NCBI GenBank assembly: GCA_905178155.1 | Contig: CAJINV010000023.1 | Span: 458,914 to 522,913, forward strand | DNA length: 64,000 bases | Source: Amoebophrya sp. A120 | Taxonomy: Eukaryota; Protista; Dinoflagellata | Direction: 5' to 3' | Part shown: piece by piece, positions 52,301 to 63,872 of the stretch | How positions within the stretch are numbered: the stretch's first letter is position 1 | How the letters are laid out: every line of letters begins with the position of its first letter | Translations under genes and position numbers: made by a program | Notes under the pieces: generated by a model | What the model saw: only the letters and a program-made list of their open reading frames with translations | Told to the model about the DNA's origin: nothing | Database searches by the model: none

Positions 52301-52367
52301 CGTTGTTGACCAGACAGCCCACACTACAGCGCTGATGACGCAGCTTCTGCTCCTAGCAAATAACTAA
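46395..52367 (+). CDS. Second SLC35A-family nucleotide-sugar transporter with a C-terminal extension
   Basis: ATG 46395. Spliced: SLILLRLS, VVLYQEIFKVIIC, LPPFLYAVQNNM, IDPATFLIGMQQKTIWAAIFS, QTRRQWVALLLMYVGVIVVQ, NGLAGVCTEKLL, QASGGICCGLIIREFNIVQKDF, ...LLANN* (TAA 52365-52367). 16 elements removed. Confidence 0.85.
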
Positions 52368-52731
52368 GAAGTTCTTGTCTAGGTGGTTTCTACGATTTAC
52401 TTTACACTGACAGGAAAATTCATTTTTTCTGTGTTCGACCTTCAACGATTTAGGATTTACAAACATATGCATATGCATCCCAGGGCCAGGAGATCGTGAT
52501 GATCGATGGAGATCTGCATATAATACTCAGTACAGGATATAATTACAGCTGATTCTGATCAGCACCTATAGATGGTTTATATCGTTCAAAAAAAACTCCA
52601 AAGCTTTAGTTTCTTTCTCGTAAAAATATCCGTGGTTGATTTGCTTGCTCAGCAACATCCTTGGTATAGTACTACTTTTTGCCAAAAGTAGTAGTAAAGA
52701 GCTGCCTGCTTCAAAACGCATCTGGTCGTGC

Positions 52732-55700
52732 CTCCAGAACGAGATATTTATTTCAGTGTGATGTCGTGAGGTGAGTATAAGACAAAGGCCATCGCCCTGA
52801 CTCCCTGTCAAGGGTAGACACCAATCAAAAGAAAATCACCGGCCGTGCCGCAGCGGACCCGCAGACATCCCGGCTAAATAGTAAGGGGCATTGCCTAGGC
52901 GTGCCGCGAGCCCCCGGCCCAGCACGGCGCGCCTGCTTCCGCGGCGCCGGCGCCATTTTTTTGCGCTGCCCCGGAAGCTAATCTCGGCACACTTTTGTCC
53001 GCTTTTTTTTCTTTTGAAAAGTGCGGCCCGCGCTGCCACTTTTGCTGCCACAATTAGCTGCCACAAATTTCAAAAACGCCCACTTTTGCTCCGGAAAAAA
53101 ATGCCCAGAAATTGCGCCACAATTTGCTGCCACAATTCGACCACGCAAAAACGCTCCTGATTTCCTGTACAAAAATTGTGGCAGGTTGGGCGCAGCGATT
53201 TGTGGCAATATTTGTGGGCATTTTTTTTGCGCCGGGGGACGATGAAAAAGATGGTCGCGTGGGCGGTTTCTGGAAGCCCGAAAATGCTCATTTGTGGAAC
53301 TACTGAAAAGCGTGCGAAACGGGTTGCGTGCCTCCCTTCCCACTCCCGTCTCCACAGCTACGGTCTGCGTGGAGGACTGGCCGATACTCACGGCGGGCGA
53401 GGCAGACAGGGCATTTTGATTTTTCTTCGAAGTACACATGCAGTCCAAAGCCTGCCAACCCGGTGCCAGGAGACAGCGCAGCGGCTGTCATGGCACAGGG
53501 AACACACGACAGGCCGCCAAAAGTCAACAAAACCAGGCGGGCAAGCTCGTCTTCATATCTGCCAGTAGCGCTAGCAGTGGGCTTCACCCTTTTGGGCCGG
53601 CCTTCTTCTTCTTTTTTCTACAGGTGCTCTCCCGTTTATGCACAACTTTTGTTATTCTTTCGCGCCGCCCCACCTCGCTTCCATCGCCATGGCTGCTAAT
53701 GCTCTCAGACACATCGATGGAGAAAGCAACAGCAGCGCATGGGCAGGGAGTACGTCTCTCCTACTTCTCGCTTCCTCGGACTCGGAATCGCGAAACGGTA
53801 TCTCAGGGAAAGCCAAAAATACGGGCTGCCAAAATGTGTGGCGCGTATTCTACACCCCTTGATCGAAGTTCTAAAATGTGGGCATTTTTTTGGACAAAAA
53901 TCTGTGAGCGATATGGCCCGGGACCATCCATATGACTCCAGAACGACATATTTATTTCAGTGTGATGTCGTGAAGTGAGTATAAGATTTTACGGTACTTC
54001 AAAGGCATACAAGCGGGCAAGCGCAAAAGAGATCTGCATAGGCGTAGAGATACAGCTTAGTACTTAGCTAGCTACCCGAAAGCCAGGAGAAAAGTGTCCT
54101 CAGGAGCAGCCGCGGTCATGGATTCAGTCCTTGGCACTGTGGCCTCATGGTACAGGACACGCAAGGCCTTGGCCGCGACTTTGGTGTATGGGCAGGGCCT
54201 TCGGGATAAGTCAGCGACATTCTGACGGGTTCGCCTAGAAGCGGCAGTCTGAAACGCGCGCCGCCTCGGGACATGTCCCGCCCTGGCTTTGGAAGTGCCC
54301 CAAGCGGCAAATACAGAGTACGCGGACACCTTCAGCGCCCTTGAATTTATTCCCCGCCCGGCTCTGCAAGTCTCCGTCTTGGCCGAGTTCACACTTCTGT
54401 TTCGTGTTATTATTGCCGGCACCTTGGGGCCATGTTTCTTTTTGAATTCCATCGCCCCCGCCAATTTCTTTTTGAATTCCGTTCCGGCCGCCAATTTCTT
54501 TTTGAAATTGCTTAGGCCAGCCAATTTCCTTTTGAAATTGGGCACTCTGCGAGATCGCTCTGGTATTGGTGTGGTCTGTGGCGTGGCGTATTTGATGTTA
54601 GGCACCAGGAAGGCCCGATCAATCGAGAGGCGAGGTTGCATCTGGGCCACCTTTCGGCCGCCTCGGGAATGGAATTGTGTTGGCCCCATGCGTGGTGGCT
54701 TTGGGCGGATGTGGTGTCTGTCAGCTGGATTTTCGAAGGGCCCTGGCGGTTCAATCTTGAGCCGCCATGCCATGGCCCAGAGCTTGTGGCCGTGCTAATT
54801 CCAAGCCAAACACCCTCCCAAACTAATGAGACGCATTTAAGTGGTGGCGTTGCGTTTTTCAAGCGAAATGCTCCGTGTAAGTACATGGCATAGGGCTTGC
54901 GAATGGTCCACAACCGGGGCGCGTCGATATTTATTTCAGTGTGATGTCGTGAGGTGAGTATAAGAAGAGTCATGTCAATATCTGGTGTTCCACCTGTGCG
55001 GCCCTCCAGTAATTTTGTAATTCGCGAAACAACCATCCACGCAACATGCGCCAAAATCCAGCCCCTAGGCGCCAGCGCCCTGGACTCTCCTAGTGTGGCT
55101 CAGGGCGATGGGGCGCAGGCGGGTGGTGTGGCTAGAAGCGTTGGAACACACGCAGGCGGCTGGCTTGGCCATGGGAGCTCGCAGAGCGAACAGCCCCACA
55201 GCTCGCGCCCAGATCCAGCCGCCTGCATTTCAGCGCCCACCTTTGGCCCTTCTGGCGAGGCTCAGAGCACTAGAACATAGGCGGAAGGTTTGGCCACGGG
55301 GGCTCGCAGAGTGAGCGAACATCTGCGCCCCTTGCGCTCAAATTAGTTCGGCCGCCTAAACTCCGGCGCCCGCTCTGGACTCTCCAGGCAAGACTTGGCT
55401 TGCCAGAGCGACCTCGCTCGCAAAGAGAGCATCTGCGCCACTTGCGCCCCGATCGATGTCGCCGACTACACTCCAACGCCGCTGATTCTTCTCGCGCCGC
55501 CCGGGGCGTTGGAATGTAGGCGGCTGGGCTGGCCACGAAAACGCCCGCGCTCTGCGAGCGTCTGCGCGCCTTGCGCCGAAATCCAGCCGACTGCGCCCCA
55601 GCGCTCTGTCGGCCCCTATGGTGGAAGCCGTCTCGAAGGCCAAGGAAGGCGCCGAGCCCGGGGGAAGGCAGAGGCGCGAAGAAGTAAGCGCGCCGCGTAG

Positions 55701-58700
55701 CGCGACGGAAAGAACCTGAGCAGCCCCGCCCGCCTTCAAACTAAAGCGGCTCCGCCCGCCTTCGGAAAAAATAAAAAGCGAAACAAAAGCGGCGCCGCCC
55801 GCACCAAAAACCGAAACAAACCATAACGGCTCGGCCCGCATCGGAACACGAAGGAGCGAAACCACAGCGGCGCCGCCCGCATTTGAAACCCACCGTAACG
55901 GCCCCGCCCACAAAAAGCAAAAGCCTTGGCTTGTTTGGCCGAGGGCGCAACCCACCGAAGGACGCAACGCCGTCGCTGTTTCGGGTTCTATCGTTGTTTC
56001 GCCTCCACGCAAGTGAGAGAGGCGCACTGCCATCATAAAGGAAGACCAGTACTGCCATCGTAAAGGAAGCTGCCTCAGCGCCGCACGCTCGACGGCGTCC
56101 GCTCGAGGCCCCCCAAAGGCCCCCCGAAGGCCCCCCGGAGGCCTCTGAACGCCCCCCGGCCGAAGGCCCCCCAAAGGCCTCGAAAGGCCCCCCGAAGGCC
56201 CCCCAAAGGCCCCCCGAATGGGTGTCCGAGAGAAAGCTGAAATTTAGTACAACTTTTCGGGGGCATCGGAACCCCGAAGGGGGTTCAATGACCACCCGAA
56301 GGGGGTCGCGCAAGGGGGGCCATCGGGGGGCCTTTGGGGGGCCTTCGGGGGGCCTCGGTTTTCGAAGGGGTAGTTCAGGGCAGCCAAGGGGGGTCAATGA
56401 ACCTCCTTCGGGGGGCCTTCGACCCCTCAACGCCCTAAATGATCATTAATAATACTTAATCTGGTGTTCCACCTGTGCGGCCCTCCAGTAATTTTGTTCT
56501 CATCTGGTGCCTTGTGGCTGGCGTAAGCCTGCTTTTCATTTTGATTCGCATGCTTTTTTCAATGTTGCTTCGCCGTCGCAGATGAAGATCCGGGGAATCT
56601 GATAAGATGTGATGTCGGGAGTGAGGAACTAGCTTAGGCTCCTATGTGAACTAGTAGTTAAGGCGATGCTTCAATGAGGCTCCTGAAGGCTCCGCGGAAG
56701 AGAGCCAGGCCTGCCCACTGCTGCCGCCGTTAAACTGCCCACATTTGGTGCCTTATGGCTGACGTAATGCTGCCGGGGCCCCGGGCGGGGCCCTGACATC
56801 TTGGTAGCGTGTTGAAGGGGCTCTGAAGTAAAATTGCCTTTTTTTGTCATGGAAAGTCCATCGTAGCATGCGGGCGCTTGGAGCTCTATTGAGAAACTCA
56901 GATCAACGATTCAAGAGGTGGCCGAAACCTCTCCAGGAAGACGCCAAAAAAGCCCCCCTCTTTTCTACAGCATAGCATCGGCGAAAGCAAATCAGGGGGC
57001 CCTCTCTGGAGACCCCACCTTCCTACCTCACTCCTTATTTAGCTGGTTCAAATTGGAGTCTAGTTTAGACCACCGAAACACATTCCAAAAAGAGGCAGCC
57101 TGTATCGCTGTGTCGCAGTGCTGGAATGGGCGTCGTTTCTGCGTCACCTTTTTGAGGGCAGCATTACGCCAGCCAGAAGGGGTCGCCAAATGCCGCTTCC
57201 AGCCATGGCTCTGCGATGGAAAAGCGCCACCATACTAGCGGTCTACCGCCGCCTTCCTACCTTCCTCCTTATCTAGCTAGTTCACATTGGAGCCTATTTT
57301 AGATCACCAAAACACATTCCAAAAAGAGGCAACCTGTGCCGCCGCGTCGCAATGCTGGAATGGGCGTCGTTTTTGCGTCACCTTTTTGAGGCTATACCGG
57401 CTTCTTTCAAAATACAAAAGCTGATTTTTGAATCGAAATTGAATTAATCAAGTAATTTGTCTCATAGTGTTCCACCTGTGCGGCCCTCCAGTAATTTTGT
57501 TCTTGCGTGTTTCGGTTCAATAGAGAATTTTTGGTCCATTTTTTCGCCCTTATAGATTATAGGGGCTTCCTTAAAAAATGATTAGTAGGGAGATCACTTT
57601 CTAGAAGCTTCCTCTAAGTGAGCACTTAGAGGAAGCGTCTAGGGGAAACTTCTAAGGGAGCACGTAAAACAAAAAGACTGGCACGGTGGGGACCAAACAT
57701 CCCGCGGGTGTGTCTTCCTCGCGGGCGGCCCGGCCGGTGTTTAGCAGCCCTATTCTGGCTACCCCCATACCCCGGCCCCGTTTGGGGGGGCTGGGGGGGC
57801 CGATGAAACAAACCCGGCAAACCGAAACGGGCGGCCGTTCCCACTATTGCCGAGCGAGAACCACCAAAAAGGCAAGGGCGCAACGCCCTATTCGTCTGGG
57901 GATATATCAATCTGGAAAGGTGCTCCGAAAATGCTCCGAAGATGCGCCGAAGAGAGCGACTGGCTCGCTCGCATTGTGGGGGCCAGAAATGCTGCAAGCG
58001 CGCCCGCCTCGTGGGCAGGAAATAGCACAGCAATAGCGGTCTTTTTGGCTCCGATTTGTTTCTTTCCCTAGATTCGAGGGCGGTCCATAGGTGTTGGGTA
58101 GTAAGGGGGGCCGGTCTAGAAGTTTTTTTTTGGTACGGAGCGGCCCCACCAGGCGAGTTTCTTTTTAGAATGAAGGGGCCGGCGAATCGGCAGGGGAGGC
58201 GCTGCGGGAGGTCCTACCTAGAAATGAGACAGCCCACAAGAGGGCAATCAGGCCAAGGCCCGCGGCCGGGTCGGTGGGGGCGAGCTAGAAGCTTAGCTCA
58301 GGGAAGGAAAGAAGGCGCGCCATCTAATGTGGGCCGCTACTAGGGAAGGGCGTTGCGGTTACTAGCAAGCGCGGTCCGGTTTTCCATGCTAAAACCGCCC
58401 GCGGGGTTTCTAATAGTGGCCGCGCTTGCGCTAGGTAGCAGATTCCCAATGGTAAGAGTCTTCCGCCTAGCCGGCACCCCCACGCTTGCCAAGTTTTGTC
58501 CTGGGTGTTTACGTCTAGATTTACTAGACGACCTATCGCCGGCGTCCTGGACGCCGGCGTAGTAGTCTAGTGTCAATATCTGGTGTTCCACTTATGCGGC
58601 CCTCCAGTAATTTTGTTGCGTGTTTCGGTTTAAAAATATTTTTGTCGTACAGTGTCTCTCCCTGTCTGGGAAGATGATGATCGGGTCGAAATTTACAGGA

Positions 58701-60096
58701 GGGCCGCTGTGGAAGTATGCCGTTTGTCCACGGCAAACGCGTCGGCCTCCTATGTGTGTGTCCGGGGGGTAATTGGTTTGGGGGTTGGCGCACTGCCATC
58801 GATGAGCTTCTCTGATGCGTCTAGCGGCCATGAATTCTTCAGGCCACACAGAGCGACGCCCCCTGTACCTGTTGCAGCGATAATTGGCGCCCATGTCTGT
58901 GACGCAACACGACGGGCAAAGGAGGGGCATGGCGCAGGCCTCGCTTCCTGTGCAGCAGCGCTCCTATTCCTCTGCAGCTCGGCGCCCTTGCCGGGATTGC
59001 TTATGGTTCCGCGCACTACGATTGGGAGCGTCGTTCTGCGCGCCCCCTCTCAGGAGGCAGTCGCAGTGATATCGACGGTGCCTGGCGCCATTGCTCGCCG
59101 GCGGGGCGGGTTTAGGACATTGCCCCTTGTGCATGTTGTGGGTGATCGAGAGCCGCTTCTCTTTGGTATTCGTCATGTACTTGAAACTCCGGGAGCAAGC
59201 TTCAAGTAAAGAGCTTTCTTTCTCGATTTCAAAAGAAGTTCAAAAATCGTTCAAAATCCTTTCAAAATGCGTTCACCGATGAGGCTATTGGTTTGAACGC
59301 ATTTTGAACGGATTGTGAACCGAGTTTTGAATTCCGTTTTGAAATTCAGAAAAGATTTGAATGGCGTTTTGAAATTGCCGGGAAAGTTGAAATACGTTTT
59401 GAAATTGGCGAGAAAGTTGAAATACGTTTTGAAATTGTGTTGGACTTTAAATCATGTTTTGAAATGCGCCTCTGTGCTGAGCTTTCTTGCGAATGTTGTC
59501 GCCAAGCTCGGCAGTTTTGGCGCTATAAGGCTCGCGCCATGACCCCAATCCCTATCTGGTAGCGGCATGGAGAGCGCTTGCGTGTTTGGGTCTCTAGAAA
59601 GGCAGGGCCGTGTGGGACCCACGTATGCCAGCCATGCTTGCGCTTCCAGCCGGCAAGAAGGTCGCCGGCAACGCGAGGCGAACCCGCGCTCTTACTTTGC
59701 GGCGGCTGTGTAGACGTAGCCGCGCACCACTTTGGTGCGGGTCGTTTTTCCCGGTGTTTCAACGTGAGCAGGGCCTCTGGCTGCACTCCCTGGGGCTTCA
59801 GGAATTGGGCTTCAAAGGCGTGCGCGCCGACGCACCTACAGACATCTCGCTGTTGCCCTCGCTCTGAGCCCCAAGAGCATTGGACGACCGCCCACAGGTG
59901 TTTGCTTCTGTGGCGTTGAATGGGCTGGAAATGTTTTTTGTCAGGGATGTGGTGTTGTGTATCTGGGTGTGTACACACTACGAAACCCTGACATTTTGAA
60001 TTCGTTTTGCATTTGTTTTGCAATGAAATCAGCGTCCGTATACTTTGGATTTAAGTCTCTCCCTGTCTGGGAAGATGATCGCGTCGAAATTTACAG
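52732..60096. repeat. Intergenic hotspot 2: six ~1-1.4 kb inserts separated by 40-60 bp direct duplications of a backbone
   Basis: ATATTTATTTCAGTGTGATGTCGTGAGGTGAGTATAAGA at 52732-52782, 53936-53986, 54926-54965; GTGTTCCACCTGTGCGGCCCTCCAGTAATTTTGT at 54973-55018, 56459-56497, 57467-57517, 58571-58630; GTCTCTCCCTGTCTGGGAAGATGAT..TCGAAATTTACAG at 58654-58698 and 60055-60096. Confidence 0.9.
57517..58570 (+). mobile_element. Helitron-like H1 copy (intergenic)
   Basis: 5' TCAATAGAGAATTTTT...CGCCCTTATAGATTATAGGGG; 3' end identical to the 11884-11917 hairpin+CTAG, followed by T. Confidence 0.75.
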
Positions 60097-60236
60097 ACCA
60101 AGCCTGCAGTTGTAGTTGAAAGAACGGCGCAGTGTATAGTTTGATTGTACTACGTCGGTGCTTGTTCCTCGTGGAAGTAGTTTATTCTACGTACTATCGT
60201 TGGAGACTTTGACTTCTTCAATATTCGCTTTTCAAC

Positions 60237-63200
60237 ATGCCATCAACTCCGAGCAGCGGCTCGCGTCGCTGGATCGAGTGGTGCCGCATGTCGTGTGCGG
60301 ACGTGGAGGACATTGTGCGGGAAGTGGCAGCGCAGCAGCCGCAGGAGGATGCTGGTCCTGCGCACGACGTCGCTAGCAGCTGCATCTCGGTCCTGCTGCC
60401 GGTGGAGGAGGGGCAGGCAAAGACTTCGTCGCCGAACTACTACGCTGCTGGCATGTCGACCGGGTATGTTGCCCTGCAACTGCGGCCGGAGCAGGTAAAA
60501 TGCGTGCCCGCGAGTCGCGTTGGTTTTCCCGGGCAAATAGTATCGATTTCAGACGCTGGTGCAACTGCCACCTCGGAGGCGTTGAAAATTATATCCGTTG
60601 GCTGCGTGGATGCGACCCGGGTGGTCCAGCTTCATATCAAACTCGAAGTAGAACAAGAAGTCGTCCTGGCGGGTCTGCGGCCAGGGAGCTTTCTCGTGAT
60701 CGACCCGCTTTTGACGCTTCTAGTTGCGGCGCAAGAGGAAGAGCAGCACCAGAGCAGCGCAAAAGAAAGAGCACAAGAACGCGAGGACCACCTCCAGGGC
60801 GGGAACATCAACAGTAGAACAGGAATATCCTGCGCAAAAGTGTATCGTACTTGTACTAATCGCAGTCATGCAAGACAAATTTCTTCTTCAAGCAAAATCA
60901 GCATGACAAATTCCGTTTGTCATGCTGGTTAAATTTGTATTGCAAAAATACTACGAGTACGATTATACTTTTGCATTTCATAAGGAACCATTTTCGAATT
61001 CCTCACGGAGATTTTTCCCTTTCTCCGCAGCATTACGGGTGCGGGGGTCCGGCGAACCCACGCGGTGATCCGTCGCCACATTCCTCGGCTACAGACCTTC
61101 GAAATCCCGTCGGGAACCAAGGTCGCGGACTGGCAAGTGCCGCTGGAGTGGGCTTGCGAAGCCGCCTACCTGATCGCGCCCAACGGCGACAAGCTGGCGG
61201 ATGTGTCCGAGAATAACCTGCACCTTATCAAAATGAAAAATCCCCCCTCACCATATCAAAATGGAAGTCTGTGATGCGGGATTTGTGATCACAAATCAAG
61301 TTGTCATGCTAGAAGGGAACAAGAGATGCGGACTATAGTGCTGGGTGGCGTGAGAAAGCCTTGCGGCTTCAGCATGACAGGAAGCAACTGGAAGTGGGAA
61401 ACAGCATGACAACTTGCCCACAAACGAGGCCACAACGGCGGCTCTTGGCCTTCTAGCATTACAAGTCGATTTGTGTACTCAAATACAGCATCACAAATGT
61501 CCTTTTCGACATGGGGAGGGGAAATTTTTCTTCATGATACACCTCATGAACTATTCCCGACCCTTCCGCGGGACGATGAGTCTCGAGGATATCCTGTGCA
61601 AAAGTATCGTACTCGTAGTAATTGCAGTCATGCATTACAAGTCTCTTTCTTATGGAAAATCAGCATTACAAATTTTATTTCTCATGCTGGGGAAATTTGT
61701 AATGCATTTATACGAGTACGATGCTTTTGCAGTTCATAGAGGAGCTGCAGGAGCAAAAGCACCTCCACTCGATCCCCGAGTGCCCCGACGCCATTCCCTA
61801 CATGGCCTCCTACTACAAGGACGCCTGGGCCTTCTGCGTGCGAGACAGCTTCCGGAAGCAGATGGCTCCGGGACCGTACGAGGTCGTTGTGGACACGAAA
61901 CTCTTTCCCGGAAGCCTCACGATTTCCGAAGTGGTCCTCCCGGGTCGAAGTTCTTCCTCGCGCGAGGTGTTGATTTCCTCCTACACTTGTCACCCCTCCA
62001 TGGCTATCAGTTGCAAATATCGACGATCTGGGTCTGGAAGTAGCGTGTAAACTTGTCATGCAGGTTTTCCATGACCCATGAGGTCTGGAATGCGGGACCT
62101 AGCATGACCGACTCTGGGAGGTCTCTGTCATGCTGATGCATGAGATGAAACTCGATCCCAACTTGGTCGAAAGTCGACAGCTTTTGGCACTCATGGCGCA
62201 ACACTAATCTTTGCATGATTCGGATTTAGCATGACAAGTTGCAATCTACTTCCAGACCCAAAAATATTTGCAATGCAAAATGGCCAACGACAGCATGTCC
62301 GGCGTCGCCGTGGCGGTTTTTCTCTACTATGCATTGCAAAAGTCTCGTACTCGGATCAATGCATGACAAATTTCCTCAGCATGAGAAATGAAATTTGTCA
62401 TGCGGATTTACCTTGAGAAAAAAACTTGTAATGCATGATTGCAATTACTACGAGCACGATACTTTTGCACAGGATATCCACCACGAGCTCGCGAAAATCC
62501 CGCAGGCGGACCGCGCGTTTACCTATCCTGAGTAAAAACGTCCCCACACCAGAGTCAAGATGGAAAATCTGCTAGACAAATCAACCAGCTTTGCTTGTTT
62601 CGCATGACAAGTTTGTCCTCGTAGTGTAATCCTGTTTAGTTTCTAGCTCAGCAGCATGACAGACCTAGCGCAGCATCATGTTGCTGATTCTAGCATTACA
62701 AATTCCAAAAAGACGACTAGCGATGAATGTTTCTCATTTGGTTCCGCATGAGAAACGTTTTTGGCATGCGTATTTGCATCACAACTATGGGGTGGAAACG
62801 CTTTTACACAGGATATTACGTACCGCTTCGTTTTCCTGCCGGAAACCATCGGCGGGGTCGCCTACCTGGCCTTATCAAATGCAAAAGTGTCTGGGTCTGG
62901 AAACTTGTAATGCTAAAAATGAATGATAGACGCACTGCAGTACGCAGCTATGCACGACAAATTTTTTGGCTGCCATGTCTTACGTATTCCGCATGGCACG
63001 CTGCGTTTTTTCATGACAGGTAAGAGGGCTTTTTCGTGCCTATGGAACACAGATTCTCGAATCATGCCAGACAAGCATGACAAACTTGCATTCTTCCAGA
63101 CCCAGACATTTTTACAGTTGATAGGCCTACCGCGGGATGCATTTGAAGAAAACCTTGGTCGCCGGCTACGTGCTCACCTGCATCGGGGACCGGGCTGTAT

Positions 63201-63872
63201 GCACTGCAAAAATGTCTGGGTCTGGAAGGTTGGAACTTGTCATGCTAAATCTGAGGCACGCAAAAATCTGTGTTGCATGATTACCAAATGCTGCCCACTT
63301 TTGATCAAGTTTAGAGGCAGTTTCTCATACAGGAGCGGCACGATAGAGGTCTCACAGAACCTGTCATGCTAGGCCGTGCATGAGAGACCGCGTGGGTCAT
63401 GGAGAACCTGCATGACAAACCTACCAATCTTCCAGACCCAGAATTTTTTGCAATGCATACGCTGCCTTAACCTACAAAATGTCCCGCAGGGGGAAAAACG
63501 CTCCGGAAAATCGGCTCGCCGCGCAGCTTATGAAATGCAAAAATGTCTGGGTCTGGAAAGTTGTAATGCTAAAAGTGGATGATAGCCGGATTGCAATACG
63601 CAGCCAAGCATGACAAATTTTTGAGCGGCGACGTGTTGCGTATCTATTCCGCATGAGAAACTGCGTTTTTGCATGACAGATAGGAGAGCCGGTTCGTTCC
63701 CACGCATTACAGATTCTCGAGTCATGTCAGACATGCATGACAAGTCGCAGAATCTTCCAGAGGACCCAGACATTTTTACATTTGATACAGCTCCTCCGCG
63801 AGGAGCTACTTGAGGAATTTTCATCCAAAGGGGCACTTCTACAACAAGAACCGGAGGCGGAGGTAGAGGCGC
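60237..63872 (+). CDS. DUF4910/DUF2172 aminopeptidase-like (peptidase M28-fold) protein, bacterial polysaccharide-locus type; 3' end lies outside the window
   Basis: After a ~200-aa N-terminal extension: IFPFLRSITGAGVRRT, FEIPSGTKVADWQVPLEW, ENNLHLMNYSRPF, HLHSIPECPDAIPYMASYYKDAWAFC, VLISSYTCHPSMANDSMSG, YRFVFLPETIG, AGYVLTCIGD. Introners at 60826, 61226, 61590, 62005, 62328, 62524, 62873, 63198, 63529, 63873. Confidence 0.85.

Noticed and set aside
52732-60096. True CRISPR array or integron cassette array
   Set aside because: Spacers are ~1 kb, the repeat changes along the array, and no cas, intI or attC structure is present. Kept only as an analogy.
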